DNA of 64,000 nt. Source: an uncultured Clostridium sp. (GTDB lineage: Bacteria > Bacillota > Clostridia > TANB77 > CAG-508). The stretch's first letter is position 1; every line of letters starts with the position of its first letter. This document shows, piece after piece, positions 17,438 through 29,191 of this stretch. Both the position numbers and the translations under genes were made by a program. The stretch lies in assembly GCA_948468045.1 (NCBI GenBank), contig CAOKGO010000005.1, positions 3,760-67,759 on the forward strand, given 5' to 3'. The notes below the pieces were generated by a model, which saw only the letters and a list, made by a program, of their open reading frames with translations, had not been told where the DNA came from and did not search any database.

Positions 17438-19162
17438 ATGGAACAAGGAAAAAGAGTAGAAAAAAAGCAAAAAAACAAAATGTCAAAAGAGGGTATAGAA
17501 AAGAAGAAAAGTATAATAGTTAGAACATTTATAACAATACTTGCAATTATTGTTATTTCAATTGTAGCCCTAATTGCAAATGATTATATAATACTGGATA
17601 ACAACAAAAGAACAAATTTGGTTATAAATAATAAAAATGTTACATCTAATTTAAAAAATGATGTATTGATAGAAAATAATATTATTTATCTTTCAAAACA
17701 AGATATTGCAAATTTTTTCGACAAATATATATACAAAGACAAAGAAACAAACCAAATTATTACTACTTATGAGAAAAAAATAGCAACAATTGGGTTTGAG
17801 GAAAAAAAGATAAATATTAATGGTTCAGAAAAAAATATTTATGCAAGTGCTATACAAAAAGATAATATTGAATATTTACCAATTTCAGAAATGAATGATG
17901 TTTATGATATAGAAATTCAAAATATAGAAGATACAAAAGTAGTAACAATGGATTCTTATAATAAAGAACAAAAAAGAGCAATTGTATCTAGCAATTTACC
18001 TGTAAAATCATCTACAAATTTTATTGCAAAGACTGTAGATAGAGTAAAAAAAGGAGATATAGTAGTTGTTATATCTTCTGATAAAGGTTATACAAAAATC
18101 AGAACAGAAAAAGGAAAGCTTGGATATATCAAATCAAACAAATTAGAAAATGAATACACAGTAAGAGAGAGTATGGAAGAAGAAAAACAAATAGATGGAA
18201 AAATCAATTTAACATGGGATTATTATTCAACAGTTGGTTCTGCACCAGACAGAACAGGTACAACAATTGATGGAATAAATGTTGTATCACCAGCATTTTT
18301 CTATTTAGATGAAAAAGGTAATTTTAAAGAAAATATAGGAAATAAGGGACAAGCATATATAGAATGGGCACATTCAAATGGTTATAAGGTTTGGCCAATG
18401 TTTTCAAATGCAGAAGCTGCAACAAAGAGCTTATCAATAACATCAGATATTATGAATAGTTATGAGCAAAGACAAAAATTAATAGAAAATATTGTAAATA
18501 GCTGTGTTAAATATAAATTAGATGGTATTAACATAGACTTTGAAAATATGAAACAAGAAGACAAAGACATGTATTCAAGGTTTATTATAGAATTAACCCC
18601 TAGAATGAAAGAAATTGGATTAATTACTTCAGTTGATGTAACAGCACCAGATGGTGGAGAGACATGGTCAATGTGTTTTGATAGAAATATAATAGGAGAT
18701 GTAGCAGACTACATTGTGTTTATGGCTTATGACGAATATGGAGTTTCAAGCAGCAAACCAGGAACAACAGCTGGATATGACTGGGTTAAACTTAGCTTAA
18801 ATAAATTTTTACAAACAGAAGAAATTGAATCAGATAAAATTATTTTAGCAGTTCCATTTTATACAAGAGTTTGGACAACAGATGGAAATGGAAAAGTCAC
18901 AAGTGACACAGTTAGTATGAAAAATATAAATAAGGTAATTCCAGATGGAACAGAAAGAAAATGGGATGAGGACTTAAAACAAAATTATGCTGAATATACA
19001 AAAGGAGGAAACAAAAAGCAAATTTGGATTGAAGATATAGAATCTTTAAAAGCAAAACTATCTCTAATTACAGAAAATAACCTAGCAGGTGTAGGGTCTT
19101 GGCAAAAAGGTATGGAAACTGACGAAGTTTGGGGAGTAATAAAAGAATATTTAGAAAAATAG
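17438..19162 (+). CDS. GH18 glycoside hydrolase with membrane anchor and SH3-like domain
   Basis: LDGINIDFE catalytic motif, FMAYDE. Confidence 0.88.
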   Translation: MEQGKRVEKKQKNKMSKEGIEKKKSIIVRTFITILAIIVISIVALIANDYIILDNNKRTNLVINNKNVTSNLKNDVLIENNIIYLSKQDIANFFDKYIYKDKETNQIITTYEKKIATIGFEEKKININGSEKNIYASAIQKDNIEYLPISEMNDVYDIEIQNIEDTKVVTMDSYNKEQKRAIVSSNLPVKSSTNFIAKTVDRVKKGDIVVVISSDKGYTKIRTEKGKLGYIKSNKLENEYTVRESMEEEKQIDGKINLTWDYYSTVGSAPDRTGTTIDGINVVSPAFFYLDEKGNFKENIGNKGQAYIEWAHSNGYKVWPMFSNAEAATKSLSITSDIMNSYEQRQKLIENIVNSCVKYKLDGINIDFENMKQEDKDMYSRFIIELTPRMKEIGLITSVDVTAPDGGETWSMCFDRNIIGDVADYIVFMAYDEYGVSSSKPGTTAGYDWVKLSLNKFLQTEEIESDKIILAVPFYTRVWTTDGNGKVTSDTVSMKNINKVIPDGTERKWDEDLKQNYAEYTKGGNKKQIWIEDIESLKAKLSLITENNLAGVGSWQKGMETDEVWGVIKEYLEK

Positions 19163-19188
19163 GATTATGGGGCCGTCCCCAAATCCTA
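19160..19188. repeat. 29-bp REP-like palindrome, family B (also 21587-21615, 27720-27748, 27769-27797, 57941-57969; degenerate copy at about 34414-34442)
   Basis: taggattatggggccgtccccaaatccta, or its reverse complement. Confidence 0.88.
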
Positions 19189-19713
19189 TTTTTTTAAATA
19201 AACTTTTTGTACATATAATTTGTTTGCAAAAGATTGTACTACATTTCTTAAAATATATTGTTCTTCTGAAAGTTTGCTATTTTTAACATAATTTTTTCCT
19301 GCAAAAACAATACGAATAGCTTTTTCTAATTCAGAGCAAAATCTATTATAAGACAAGTCAATAGGAGAAGTTTCAATTGCTAAATGTATTAATCTTTTAA
19401 TATCATGAATGCTATAAACTTGTTTTAAAACAAAAATAACAAACAAAGATGCCATATGTTCTTTATTGTATTTTTTATTCATAGGTGGTTTTATAACATT
19501 TTGTTTTACATAATTATTAATCATCGTTTTTGTTATTAATTTTTCATCTTTTTCGTTATCATTTTTGATGTAACCACCCAAATATTCTTCAAGTAAAGAA
19601 ACTAATTGGTCTATATATAAATCAATATTTGGAAGTTCATTCCATCTAGGTAAATGAAAGTCTTTTATTTCTGTATTCACTAAAAAATCACCTCTTAAAC
19701 TAAATAATAACAC
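19186..19713 (-). CDS. DUF1836 family protein
   Basis: LPRWNELPNIDLYIDQ, ITKTMINNYVK. Confidence 0.85.
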   Translation of the reverse strand: MLLFSLRGDFLVNTEIKDFHLPRWNELPNIDLYIDQLVSLLEEYLGGYIKNDNEKDEKLITKTMINNYVKQNVIKPPMNKKYNKEHMASLFVIFVLKQVYSIHDIKRLIHLAIETSPIDLSYNRFCSELEKAIRIVFAGKNYVKNSKLSEEQYILRNVVQSFANKLYVQKVYLKK

Positions 19714-19830
19714 GTTGTTGTAAATTAAGTCAAGTAGAGGTTAGAACATTTTTGAACACTTAGTCAATTACTTGACAGGATATACAGTATATGATAATCT
19801 AGTATTCGATACTAGATAAAGGAGATTGTT

Positions 19831-21550
19831 ATGGAAAGAGAAAAATATTTTGAAGCCACAGAATTCGATAATATCAAGGAACTTATCAAGGAAAGTGTTA
19901 AAAAATACAAAGAAAAAACAGCATTTATTATAAAACACAAAGAACAAAAAGAAGTGAGTTATGAAAATATAAGTTATTCAAAATTATTAGAAGAAGTAAA
20001 TCAGTTAGGAACTAAATTTTATAATCTTGGATATCAAAACAAAAGAGTTGCAATTGTAGGAAGAAATCGTTATGAATGGGTAGTAGCACATTTAGCAAAC
20101 TTATTAGGAGGAATACTAAGTATACCTTTAGACAAGGAATTACAAGTAGATGAATTAGAAAGTTGCTTAGTAAGAAGTAAAGCTGATGTTTTAGTATTTG
20201 ATGAAAAATATAAAGAAAATATTGAAGAAATAAAAAGAAGGGGAAATACAAAAATAGAAAACTATATTTGTATGAGTAGTGAACCTGGTTATCTTTCCAT
20301 ACAAGAATTAAAAGAACAAGGAAAACAATTGTTAGAAGCAGGAAATAAAGAATATATTGATTGTAAAATTGATAGTAATAAAATGAACATATTATTATTT
20401 ACATCAGGAACTACATCAAAATCCAAAGCAGTTATGCTATCACAAAAAAACATAGCATCAAATATATACAGTATGCAATTAGTAGAAGATATAAGACCAG
20501 AAGATGTAAATATAGCATTTTTACCATTTCATCATATTTTTGGCTCAACATGTTTAATAGTAATGCTTGCTTTTGGAGTAACAACATCATTTCCAGATGG
20601 GCTTCGCTATATTGCACAAAACCTAAAAGAGTATAAAGTATCTATATTTGTAGGAGTTCCATTATTAATAGAAGCTATTTATAAACAAATTGAAAAAGGA
20701 ATAAAGAAACAAGGAAAAACCAAAACAGTAAAAATTGCAAAAAAAATAAGCAATATTTTACTAAAATGTCATATAGATATAAGAAAAAAACTATTTAAAG
20801 CAATATTAGACCAATTAGGAGGACACTTAAGATTTGTAATTTCAGGTGGTGCTCCATTAGACAAAAAAGTAGCACAAGGATTTAATGAATTAGGAATAAA
20901 TGTAGTACAAGGTTATGGATTAACAGAAACATCACCAGTTATTGCAGCAGAAAACTATAAAAAAATGAAATATGGTTCTATTGGTTTTCCAATGGAAAAT
21001 GTAGAATTAGAATTAATTAATCAAGATAGTCAAGGAATAGGGGAAATCAGAGTAAAAGGACCAAATGTAATGCTACGGTTACTATGAAAATGAAGAAGCA
21101 ACAAATGAAGTATTAAAAGATGGTTGGTTTTATACAGGAGACTTAGCTTATTTTGACAAAGATGGATATTTATTTTTATCAGGAAGAAAAAAAGACATGA
21201 TTGTTTTAAAAAACGGTAAAAAAGTATTTCCAGAGGAGTTAGAAACATTAGTAAATAGAATTGAAGAAGTAAATGAATGTATGGTATATGGAATAGCAGA
21301 CAAAGATGACAAAAATGACATAAAAATTTCAGTTAAAATAGTTTATGATAAAGAAACAGTAAACGAAAAATATCCAAACATACCACAAGAAGAATTAGAA
21401 AAAATAATTTGGCAAAAAATAAAAGAAATAAACAAAACATTTCCACCATACAAATACATAAAAAACATGATTTTAACAGATGAAGAATTAATAAAAACAA
21501 CAACAAAAAAAGTAAAAAGAAATGAGGAACTTAAAAAAATGTCGCATTAG
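19831..21550 (+). CDS. Long-chain acyl-CoA synthetase with +1 CGG site at 21076
   Basis: FTSGTTSKSK, QGYGLTETSP, GPNVML-[C]-GYYENE...WFYTGDL; 572 aa when joined. Confidence 0.9.
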
Positions 21551-21572
21551 GGACGTTTCCTTTGAGACATTT
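21539..21572. repeat. REP-like repeat, family C (also 41907-41940, inverted pair 47338-47437, 62579-62612)
   Basis: atgtcg..tt.gggacgtttc.tttg.gacattt. Confidence 0.82.
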
Positions 21573-21616
21573 TTATATTAATTTGATAGGATTATGGGGC
21601 CGTCCCCAAATCCTAT

Positions 21617-21967
21617 TTATATTTCCGTAATTTTCAAATTAAATTTATCTTCAAAAACTTTCTTTTTAGCAATATATTCTTTTGTCTTAAAGCCTTTAAC
21701 ATCAATAACTTCAGTTGTGTTATCTTTATGAAAAACAACAAAATCAGCTCTATATTTTAAACTAGGAGCTAAAATAAAAGTAGGCTGTAAGCAAAAACCA
21801 TTAATTTCTTTTGCTTGTAGTCTAAATTTTAATTCACAGTAGTAATCAGCTTCTTTTTGGCTGTCAAAAGTATGACCATCAACAGAAACTTTATTAGCTC
21901 TATATTTACTTTTTTGTGTTTTTCCATTTGTAAAATTTTTGTAATCTTCTACTGACCAATGCTCCAT
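21617..21967 (-). CDS. DUF1064 family protein (nuclease-like fold)
   Basis: SKYRANKVSVDGHTFDSQKEA, YRADF, DVKG. Confidence 0.85.
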   Translation of the reverse strand: MEHWSVEDYKNFTNGKTQKSKYRANKVSVDGHTFDSQKEADYYCELKFRLQAKEINGFCLQPTFILAPSLKYRADFVVFHKDNTTEVIDVKGFKTKEYIAKKKVFEDKFNLKITEI

Positions 21968-22102
21968 TTGAATAGCAACCCCAATCTATTTTTAAACTGT
22001 ACACATCATACCAAAAAAAAAACAAAAGTACAACAAAAACTGTTCTTTTTTTATAAAATGTGATAAAATATTTTAAATTAATAAAAGAAAGTAGAGAAGT
22101 AT

Positions 22103-22207
22103 ATGAAACAAGCTTTGATTATATCAGCATTTTCAACTTTAGGAAAAACGTATTTGGGAAATAAATATAAAAATATTTTTGATTTTGAGGCTAGCTCATA
22201 TAAATAA
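22103..22207 (+). pseudogene. Truncated P-loop protein fragment
   Basis: MKQALIISAFSTLGKTYLG...* (34 aa). Confidence 0.45.
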
Positions 22208-22239
22208 GGTTTTATAAAATAAAAACGAAAGGAAAAATA

Positions 22240-23473
22240 ATGGAAGGGGAAAAAATAAACAGAAGAAAAGTTATAATAAGCAATAGCATTATTCCATGGT
22301 TTATAGGATTATCAGATGACCTAATGTTTTTTATTGCTATAAATTCTTTGTTTTTTACAGTAACAAAAGGATTATCAGCTGCTCAAATATCATTTTTAGG
22401 AACAATTTCAGGGTTAGTATATCTAATTATGCAAATGCCTGCTTTAAAAATAATACAAAAAATAGGAACTGTAAAAGCCGTAAGACTACGGAACAATAAT
22501 GTTATTGATTAGTAGTATTTTAATAACATTTGGAAATAAATATTTAATTATTCTAATAGGATATATCTTTTACCAACCAGCTTTTCTATTTAAAAAAATG
22601 GATAATGTTGTATTAGAAAACAATTTGAGATATTTAAAAAAAGAAGATAATTACTTAAAAATGTCTAATAAATCAAAAGTTATTTATTCTATTATAACTA
22701 TGATTATAGCATTAATAGCAGGACCAATTTTTGCAATAAATAGCTATTTGCCGATGTACTTTTGTATTTGTATATGTATAATTAATGTATTATTATCTTT
22801 TTGTATTTTCGATATTAATGAAGAAATCAAAACAAATAAAAATTGTAAAGAAGATAAAAAAGAAAAAATAAAATTTTCTAATCCAAAATTAATATTTATA
22901 ATATTAGCTTCTTTTGGACTTATATATTCAGCTATTAGTGTAGGACAAGACAACAGTAAATTATTGATACAATATAACCTAGAAAAATATTTTAATATAG
23001 GGCTAACTGCTACTTATCTATCAGTTATTATAGTAATATCACGAATTAGCAGAATTGCTGGGAATCTAATTTTCAAAAAAATATATAGTAAAATGAAAGA
23101 TAAAGTAAATGTATTTTTATCAATTTTATTGGCAATTGCATTTTTATGCATACTTATAGGAAATTGTATAGAAGCAAGTAGTATAATTAAAATTACAATT
23201 ATGGCAATAGGATTTAGTTTAATTCTTGGAATAAGAGATTCTATAGAAGTATATACAACAAATTTAATATTAAAAAATACCGAAATAATAGAACAGCCAA
23301 AAGCAATATCTTATTTACAATTATCAAGAAGAGCAGTATCAACAGCAATGTACTTCATTTTTTCTATGATTTTAACACAGGTAGAGCTAATATATGTAAT
23401 CATTTGCTTATTTATATTTGCAATTATTGGAATTAGTATAAATGTAAAATTATATAAAATGATAAAAGAATAA
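22240..23473 (+). CDS. MFS-type transporter with +1 CGG site at 22489
   Basis: KAVRL-[C]-GTIMLLISS joins two hydrophobic ORFs into 410 aa. Confidence 0.8.
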
Positions 23474-23516
23474 CTATATGAATTCTTATGAAACACATAA
23501 AAAGAAAGGAAATGAT

Positions 23517-24410
23517 ATGAATTTAGATTTTTTGTTTGAAATGTTAGAAAATCAATATGGCAAAGAAATTACTAAAAACATTATAAATGGATATAATTCT
23601 AAGAGATATACTACTTTTAGAGTGAATTTGATAAGGAGTAGTGTAGTAGAAGTAGAAGATGTTTTGAAGTCACACAAAATTGAATATGAGAAAGTAGCAT
23701 GGAGTAATGAGGCTTTTATTTTGAAAAATGCTTCAGAAAAAGACATTAGAGAATTATCAATTTATAAGGATGGAAAGATTTATTTGCAAAGTTTATCATC
23801 TATGTTGCCACCTATTTTGCTAGAACCAAAAAGTGAATTAGATATTTTGGACATGGCAGCAGCACCAGGTGGAAAAACAACTCAAATAGCTTCTATAACT
23901 AACAATAAAGCTAATATAACAGCATGTGAAATGAATAAAGTTCGTGCAGAAAGATTAAGATATAATCTAGAAAAGCAAGGGGCAAATAGCTATGTTATGG
24001 TACAAGATGCAAGAAATATTGAAGACTTTTTTTCTTTTGACAAAATTTTATTAGATGCACCATGTAGTGGTAGTGGAACAATTAATTTACGAGAACCAAA
24101 ATCATATCAAAATTTCACTGAAAAATTAATACAAAAGTCAGCTGATACACAAAAACAATTGTTAGATAAAGCACTTAATATTTTAAAACCAGGTAAAGAA
24201 ATGATATATTCTACATGTTCTATTTTGTTTTGTGAAAATGAAGAGGTAATAGAAACAATTTTAAAAAAGAAAAAAGCACAAATTGTGCCTATTGAATTTG
24301 AGCAAATGGGAGGATTACCAGTTTTACCAACTAAAATAAATGGAACTTTATGTGTGTGTCCAAATGAGTTTTATGAGGGATTTTTTATTGCTAAAATAAG
24401 AAAGAATTAG
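23517..24410 (+). CDS. RsmB/RsmF (NOL1/NOP2) rRNA m5C methyltransferase
   Basis: LDMAAAPGGKT, LLDAPCSG, YSTCS. Confidence 0.9.
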   Translation: MNLDFLFEMLENQYGKEITKNIINGYNSKRYTTFRVNLIRSSVVEVEDVLKSHKIEYEKVAWSNEAFILKNASEKDIRELSIYKDGKIYLQSLSSMLPPILLEPKSELDILDMAAAPGGKTTQIASITNNKANITACEMNKVRAERLRYNLEKQGANSYVMVQDARNIEDFFSFDKILLDAPCSGSGTINLREPKSYQNFTEKLIQKSADTQKQLLDKALNILKPGKEMIYSTCSILFCENEEVIETILKKKKAQIVPIEFEQMGGLPVLPTKINGTLCVCPNEFYEGFFIAKIRKN

Positions 24411-24431
24411 TATTGAAAAAAGGAGGAAAAA

Positions 24432-26389
24432 ATGTTTAAATTACACTCAGAATATAAGCCAACAGGCGACCAGCCAAAAGCAATAGAATATTTAAGTAAA
24501 GGAATAATGGAGGGTAAGAAATTCCAAACACTTCTAGGAGTTACAGGCTCTCGGGAAAACATTTACAATGGCAAATATAATTGAAAAAGTACAAAAACCA
24601 ACACTTGTTTTAGCACATAATAAAACATTAGCTGGACAATTATATAGTGAATTCAAAGAGTTTTTCCCAGAGAACAATGTTGAATACTTTGTATCATATT
24701 ATGATTATTATCAACCAGAAAGTTATATTCCATCATCAGACACATATATTGAAAAAGACTCATCTGTTAATGATGAAATAGACAAATTACGTCATTCTGC
24801 AACATTATCATTATTTGAAACAAAAGATGTCATTATTGTAGCGTCTGTTTCTTGTATTTATGGATTAGGAGACCCCATTGACTATCAAGAAATGATGCTA
24901 TCACTAAGAGTAGGTATAAATAAGTCAAGAGACCAAGTTTTAAAAAAACTAATTTCAATGCAATATACAAGAAATGAAATAGATTTTAAAAGAGGAACTT
25001 TCAGAGCAAAAGGAGACATTGTCGAAATATATCCATCTGACCAATCAGAATCAGCAGTTAGAGTTGAATTTTGGGGAGATGAGATTGAAAAAATAACTGA
25101 AATTAATCCATTAACAGGAAAGCCAATTGGTACAAGGAAACATATATTAATTTCACCTGCTTCTCATTATGTTACAACAAAAGACAAAATGGATAAAGCA
25201 ATTGTAACAATTGAAGCAGAAATGGAGCAAAGAGTAAAATATTTTAAAGAGCAAAACAAATTAATAGAAGCACAAAGAATAGAAGAAAGAACAAATTTTG
25301 ATATAGAAATGATGAAAGAAACTGGATTTTGTTCTGGAATTGAAAATTATTCAAGACACATTAGTGGAAGAGAAGAGGGAAGTCCACCATATACACTATT
25401 TGACTATTTTCCAGACGACTTTTTATTGCTAGTAGATGAATCACATGCAACAATTCCACAAGTAAGAGCAATGCATAATGGGGATAGAGCAAGAAAAGAA
25501 TCACTTGTAAACTATGGATTTAGGTTACCATCTGCATTTGATAATAGACCATTAAAATTTGATGAATTTGAACAAAGATTAAATCAAGTTATTTTTGTTA
25601 GTGCTACTCCAGCAGATTATGAAGAAGAACATAGTAAAGAAAATATTGTAGAACAAATTATTAGACCAACTGGATTGTTAGACCCAAAAATAGAAGTAAA
25701 ACCAGTTACAAATCAAATTGATGACTTAATAGAACAAATTAGAATCCGTGTAGAAAAAAAAGAAAGAGTTTTAGTTACAACATTAACTAAAAAAATGGCT
25801 GAAGACCTAACTGAATATCTTAAAAATTTGGAAATAAAAGTAACATATATGCATTCAGACACAAAAGCATTAGAAAGAATGGAAATTATTAGAAACTTAA
25901 GACTACGGAGAATTTGATGTATTAGTAGGAATAAACCTTTTAAGAGAGGGACTAGATATTCCTGAAGTTTCATTAGTTGCAATATTAGATGCAGACAAAG
26001 AGGGATTTTTACGTTCAGAAAGGTCATTAATACAAACAATTGGACGTGCTGCTAGAAATACAGATGGGACAGTTATTATGTATGCAGATGAACTAACTAG
26101 AAGTATGGAAAAAGCAATTACAGAGACAAATAGAAGAAGAAAAATTCAAGAGCAATATAATACTGAACATGGAATTACTCCAAAAACAATTCAAAAATCA
26201 GTACGTGAAAATATTGCAATAACAACAGCAGAAGACATTGGAGTAGAATATAAACTAGAAAAAAGTGAAGATATAAAAGAAGTTATAAATAAATTAACTG
26301 ACGAAATGCTACAATATGCAACAGCAATGGAATTCGAGAAAGCAGCAGAACTTCGTGATAAAATTAGGGAGTTGGAAAAGTTATTATAA
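24432..26389 (+). CDS. uvrB: Excinuclease ABC subunit B with +1 CGG sites at 24552 and 25906
   Basis: LGVTGS-[C]-GKTFTMA; VDESH; RNLRL-[C][17 protein letters not shown]; 651 aa when joined. Confidence 0.95.
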
Positions 26390-26425
26390 AAAGTTAAAAA
26401 ATTTAAAACTTATGTATATAGATAA

Positions 26426-27133
26426 ATGAAAGGAATGATAAAAATGGAAATAGTATATCAAGTGTTTGATTCTTTTTGGTTTCAAGCAATTATAAAATTA
26501 ATTTTAGGGTTTGTACTAGCAGGAATAATTGGGTTAGAGCGTTCATCTTGGAGCAAACCAGCAGGATTTAGAACACATGCATTAGTTGGAATAAGTAGTG
26601 TCTTAATTATGCTATGTGGAGAATATATGTCAAAAATTTATGATATGGATCCGTCAAGAATACCAGCACAATTACTATCTGGAATAGGATTTATTGGTGC
26701 AGGAACAATTTTAAGAGATGGCTTTAATGTAAAAGGACTAACAACAGCAGCCGGTTTGTTAGCAGTTACCTGTATAGGTCTTAGCATAGGAGCAGGTTTC
26801 TACTTAGGAGGTATAGTAACAACACTAATAGTATATATAATATTATCATACTCTTATAAAATATCAGACAAATTAGACCATTTTGACATATTAGAACTTG
26901 ATATTAAAATAAATAAAGAACTAGAAGAAACATTAGCTGAAATCGAAAAAACTTTAAGTGCTTATCAAGTAGAAATAAAACAAATGAAAAGACTAAAAAA
27001 AGAAGAAAAAGAGGATATTGAAACAATACATATTATAGGAAATTACAACAAAAAAGGATTTAAAAAGAATGAAGTAATAAGAAAAATCACATCTATACAA
27101 AATATAGAAGAAGTCCTACAAGAAGACAGTTAA
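26426..27133 (+). CDS. MgtC/SapB family protein
   Basis: IGLER...PAGFRTH, SGIGFIGAG, GLTTAA. Confidence 0.9.
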   Translation: MKGMIKMEIVYQVFDSFWFQAIIKLILGFVLAGIIGLERSSWSKPAGFRTHALVGISSVLIMLCGEYMSKIYDMDPSRIPAQLLSGIGFIGAGTILRDGFNVKGLTTAAGLLAVTCIGLSIGAGFYLGGIVTTLIVYIILSYSYKISDKLDHFDILELDIKINKELEETLAEIEKTLSAYQVEIKQMKRLKKEEKEDIETIHIIGNYNKKGFKKNEVIRKITSIQNIEEVLQEDS

Positions 27134-27203
27134 AAAGTTTTAATATATATTAATAGTTTGCTTTATTGCACAAAAACAAATAGCATACATATCATATATC
27201 AAG

Positions 27204-27722
27204 GTGATATGTATGTTATTTTTCAAAGAATTGTATGAAGATGCTAAGAACATAAAAGAAAAAGATCCAGCTACTAAAAACATATTAGAAGTAATTATAT
27301 TATATCCAGGATTTCACATTCTTGTATTTCATAGATTAGCACATTTCTTATATAGAAAGAAACTCTTATTTTTAGCAAGACTAATTTCTCAGATAGGAAG
27401 ATTTTTTACGGGAATAGAAATACATCCAGGAGCTAAAATTGGAAGAAGACTGTTTATTGACCATGGAATGGGGATTGTAATTGGAGAAACAGCAACTGTT
27501 GGAAATGATTGCACAATTTATCATAATTCTACATTAGGTGGAACAGGTAAAGACAAATATAAAAGACATCCAGACATTGGAAATAACGTTATGGTAGGAG
27601 CAGGAAGCAAAATTCTTGGACCGATAAAAGTTGGAAATAATGTAAAAATAGGAGCAAATGCTACGGTATTAAAAGACATACCAAACAATGTAACAGTAGT
27701 AAAATTCAATAATGTTCAGTAG
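27204..27722 (+). CDS. cysE: Serine O-acetyltransferase
   Basis: [26 protein letters not shown]. Confidence 0.88.
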   Translation: MICMLFFKELYEDAKNIKEKDPATKNILEVIILYPGFHILVFHRLAHFLYRKKLLFLARLISQIGRFFTGIEIHPGAKIGRRLFIDHGMGIVIGETATVGNDCTIYHNSTLGGTGKDKYKRHPDIGNNVMVGAGSKILGPIKVGNNVKIGANATVLKDIPNNVTVVKFNNVQ

Positions 27723-27794
27723 GATTTAGGGACGGTCCCATAATCCTATTTTTCCTATAACATAAAAATAGGATTATGGGGCCGTCCCCAAATC

Positions 27795-28652
27795 CTATAA
27801 GTTGTATAAATTTCCTTCTGTTAATAATTTTACTCTTTTTAAAGTCCTTTCATTTGTTGATTTTAAAGCTTCTTCGATAAATTCAGGATGATTAACTAGA
27901 AAATCTCTCATAGTTGTGAAATGGTCTTTATAAAACGCTTTAAGCATATCTAATTGAGCTTGGTTGATTATACCTAATTCAAAGGCTTTTTCAAATAGGG
28001 AGTTATCAACACAGGCAAGTGAAATAGTTTTTATATTTTCTTTTTGAAGGATTTCTGTTCCACCTTCTTTTCTATCTACAACATAACAAGTCCACAATAA
28101 TTTACCATTTAAGTTCTTAACAGCTGGAATCCAAGAACGAACATAGTTAGATGCAACAGTTACTAAATCTGAAGCATTTAAAACTGTTTTGCCTTGAATA
28201 TTGGTTACTTTTTCAGTAGTAGAAAAGTCGTAAGTGCTTTCAAAAGCTTCTAAATCTTTAAATAAAGTAAGATGAGGCTTTTTTAATAAATAGGCTATCA
28301 TGTTAGAAAAATACCAATCTCTTCTTTCACCACCTGAAATATAATCAATTTCACTAACATTTACATTATCAGTAATTGCTTTTACCATAGTATCAATTGT
28401 ATATTTGAAAATATCGTTATTTTCATATTGTGACAAAACTTTTTCAAAAACTTTTTTTGGTAAGTTAATACGGTCTTCTAATAAAGTATCAATATAAGCT
28501 AAAAAATCGGTAGCTTCTTTTTCGTTTCCATAAAGGAAATGTGTATTAACAAAATATGGTGAAATCATACCAGAAGTAAGAAAAAAAGGTTTGTTCTCTT
28601 CACAAAATTTAACTGCTTTTGTTTCAAATAAATATGACATTATATCAGACAT
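27795..28652 (-). CDS. pyrE: Orotate phosphoribosyltransferase-like protein
   Basis: PFFLTSGMISPYFVN, PRT-like DLVTVAS, VVDRKEGG; lies next to the pyr genes. Confidence 0.7.
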   Translation of the reverse strand: MSDIMSYLFETKAVKFCEENKPFFLTSGMISPYFVNTHFLYGNEKEATDFLAYIDTLLEDRINLPKKVFEKVLSQYENNDIFKYTIDTMVKAITDNVNVSEIDYISGGERRDWYFSNMIAYLLKKPHLTLFKDLEAFESTYDFSTTEKVTNIQGKTVLNASDLVTVASNYVRSWIPAVKNLNGKLLWTCYVVDRKEGGTEILQKENIKTISLACVDNSLFEKAFELGIINQAQLDMLKAFYKDHFTTMRDFLVNHPEFIEEALKSTNERTLKRVKLLTEGNLYNL

Positions 28653-28819
28653 AATTATTCCTCCTTAAATTTATATTGATGTTATTCTAAAGCAAAAAAC
28701 ATAATTTGTCAATATTATTGTAAATTCTGTAATTTTATGTTATTATATACAATGAAATTTTTATAAACATTTCTTCCGAATTGGAAGAGAAACAGCAATC
28801 TAAAAAAAGGAGGAGCAAG

Positions 28820-29080
28820 ATGAAAGCAAGTAAACGGAAACAATATCCAGTGGAAATGACACCAGCACCTGTCAAGTATGTAGAGTTACAAGTTAGAGAG
28901 ATTGCAAAGAAAAATATGGTGGATGGGGATGTAGCATTTATCTTCAAGTTCAGTACAGGGGCAACTTTTAAGAAAATAACTACAGAGTTAGATTATGACT
29001 ATTGGAATGAAGCAAAAGTAGGGGATATCCTTACTGTGTGTGTACGTGGGCCAAGAATAATGTCAATCCATCGCTGTTAA
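28820..29080 (+). CDS. Hypothetical orphan protein (in-frame CGG at 28835)
   Basis: AGGAGG RBS, promoter-like upstream region, terminator at about 29088-29124. Confidence 0.5.
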   Translation: MKASKRKQYPVEMTPAPVKYVELQVREIAKKNMVDGDVAFIFKFSTGATFKKITTELDYDYWNEAKVGDILTVCVRGPRIMSIHRC

Positions 29081-29191
29081 ATTCAAGAAAAAGTTCCATT
29101 CAAGTTCAAGAATGGAGCTTTTTTCAAAAAATCATTGCAAAACTTGATGAAAAATGATATGATAAAAAAAATTTTGAAAGAGGGATAAAGT

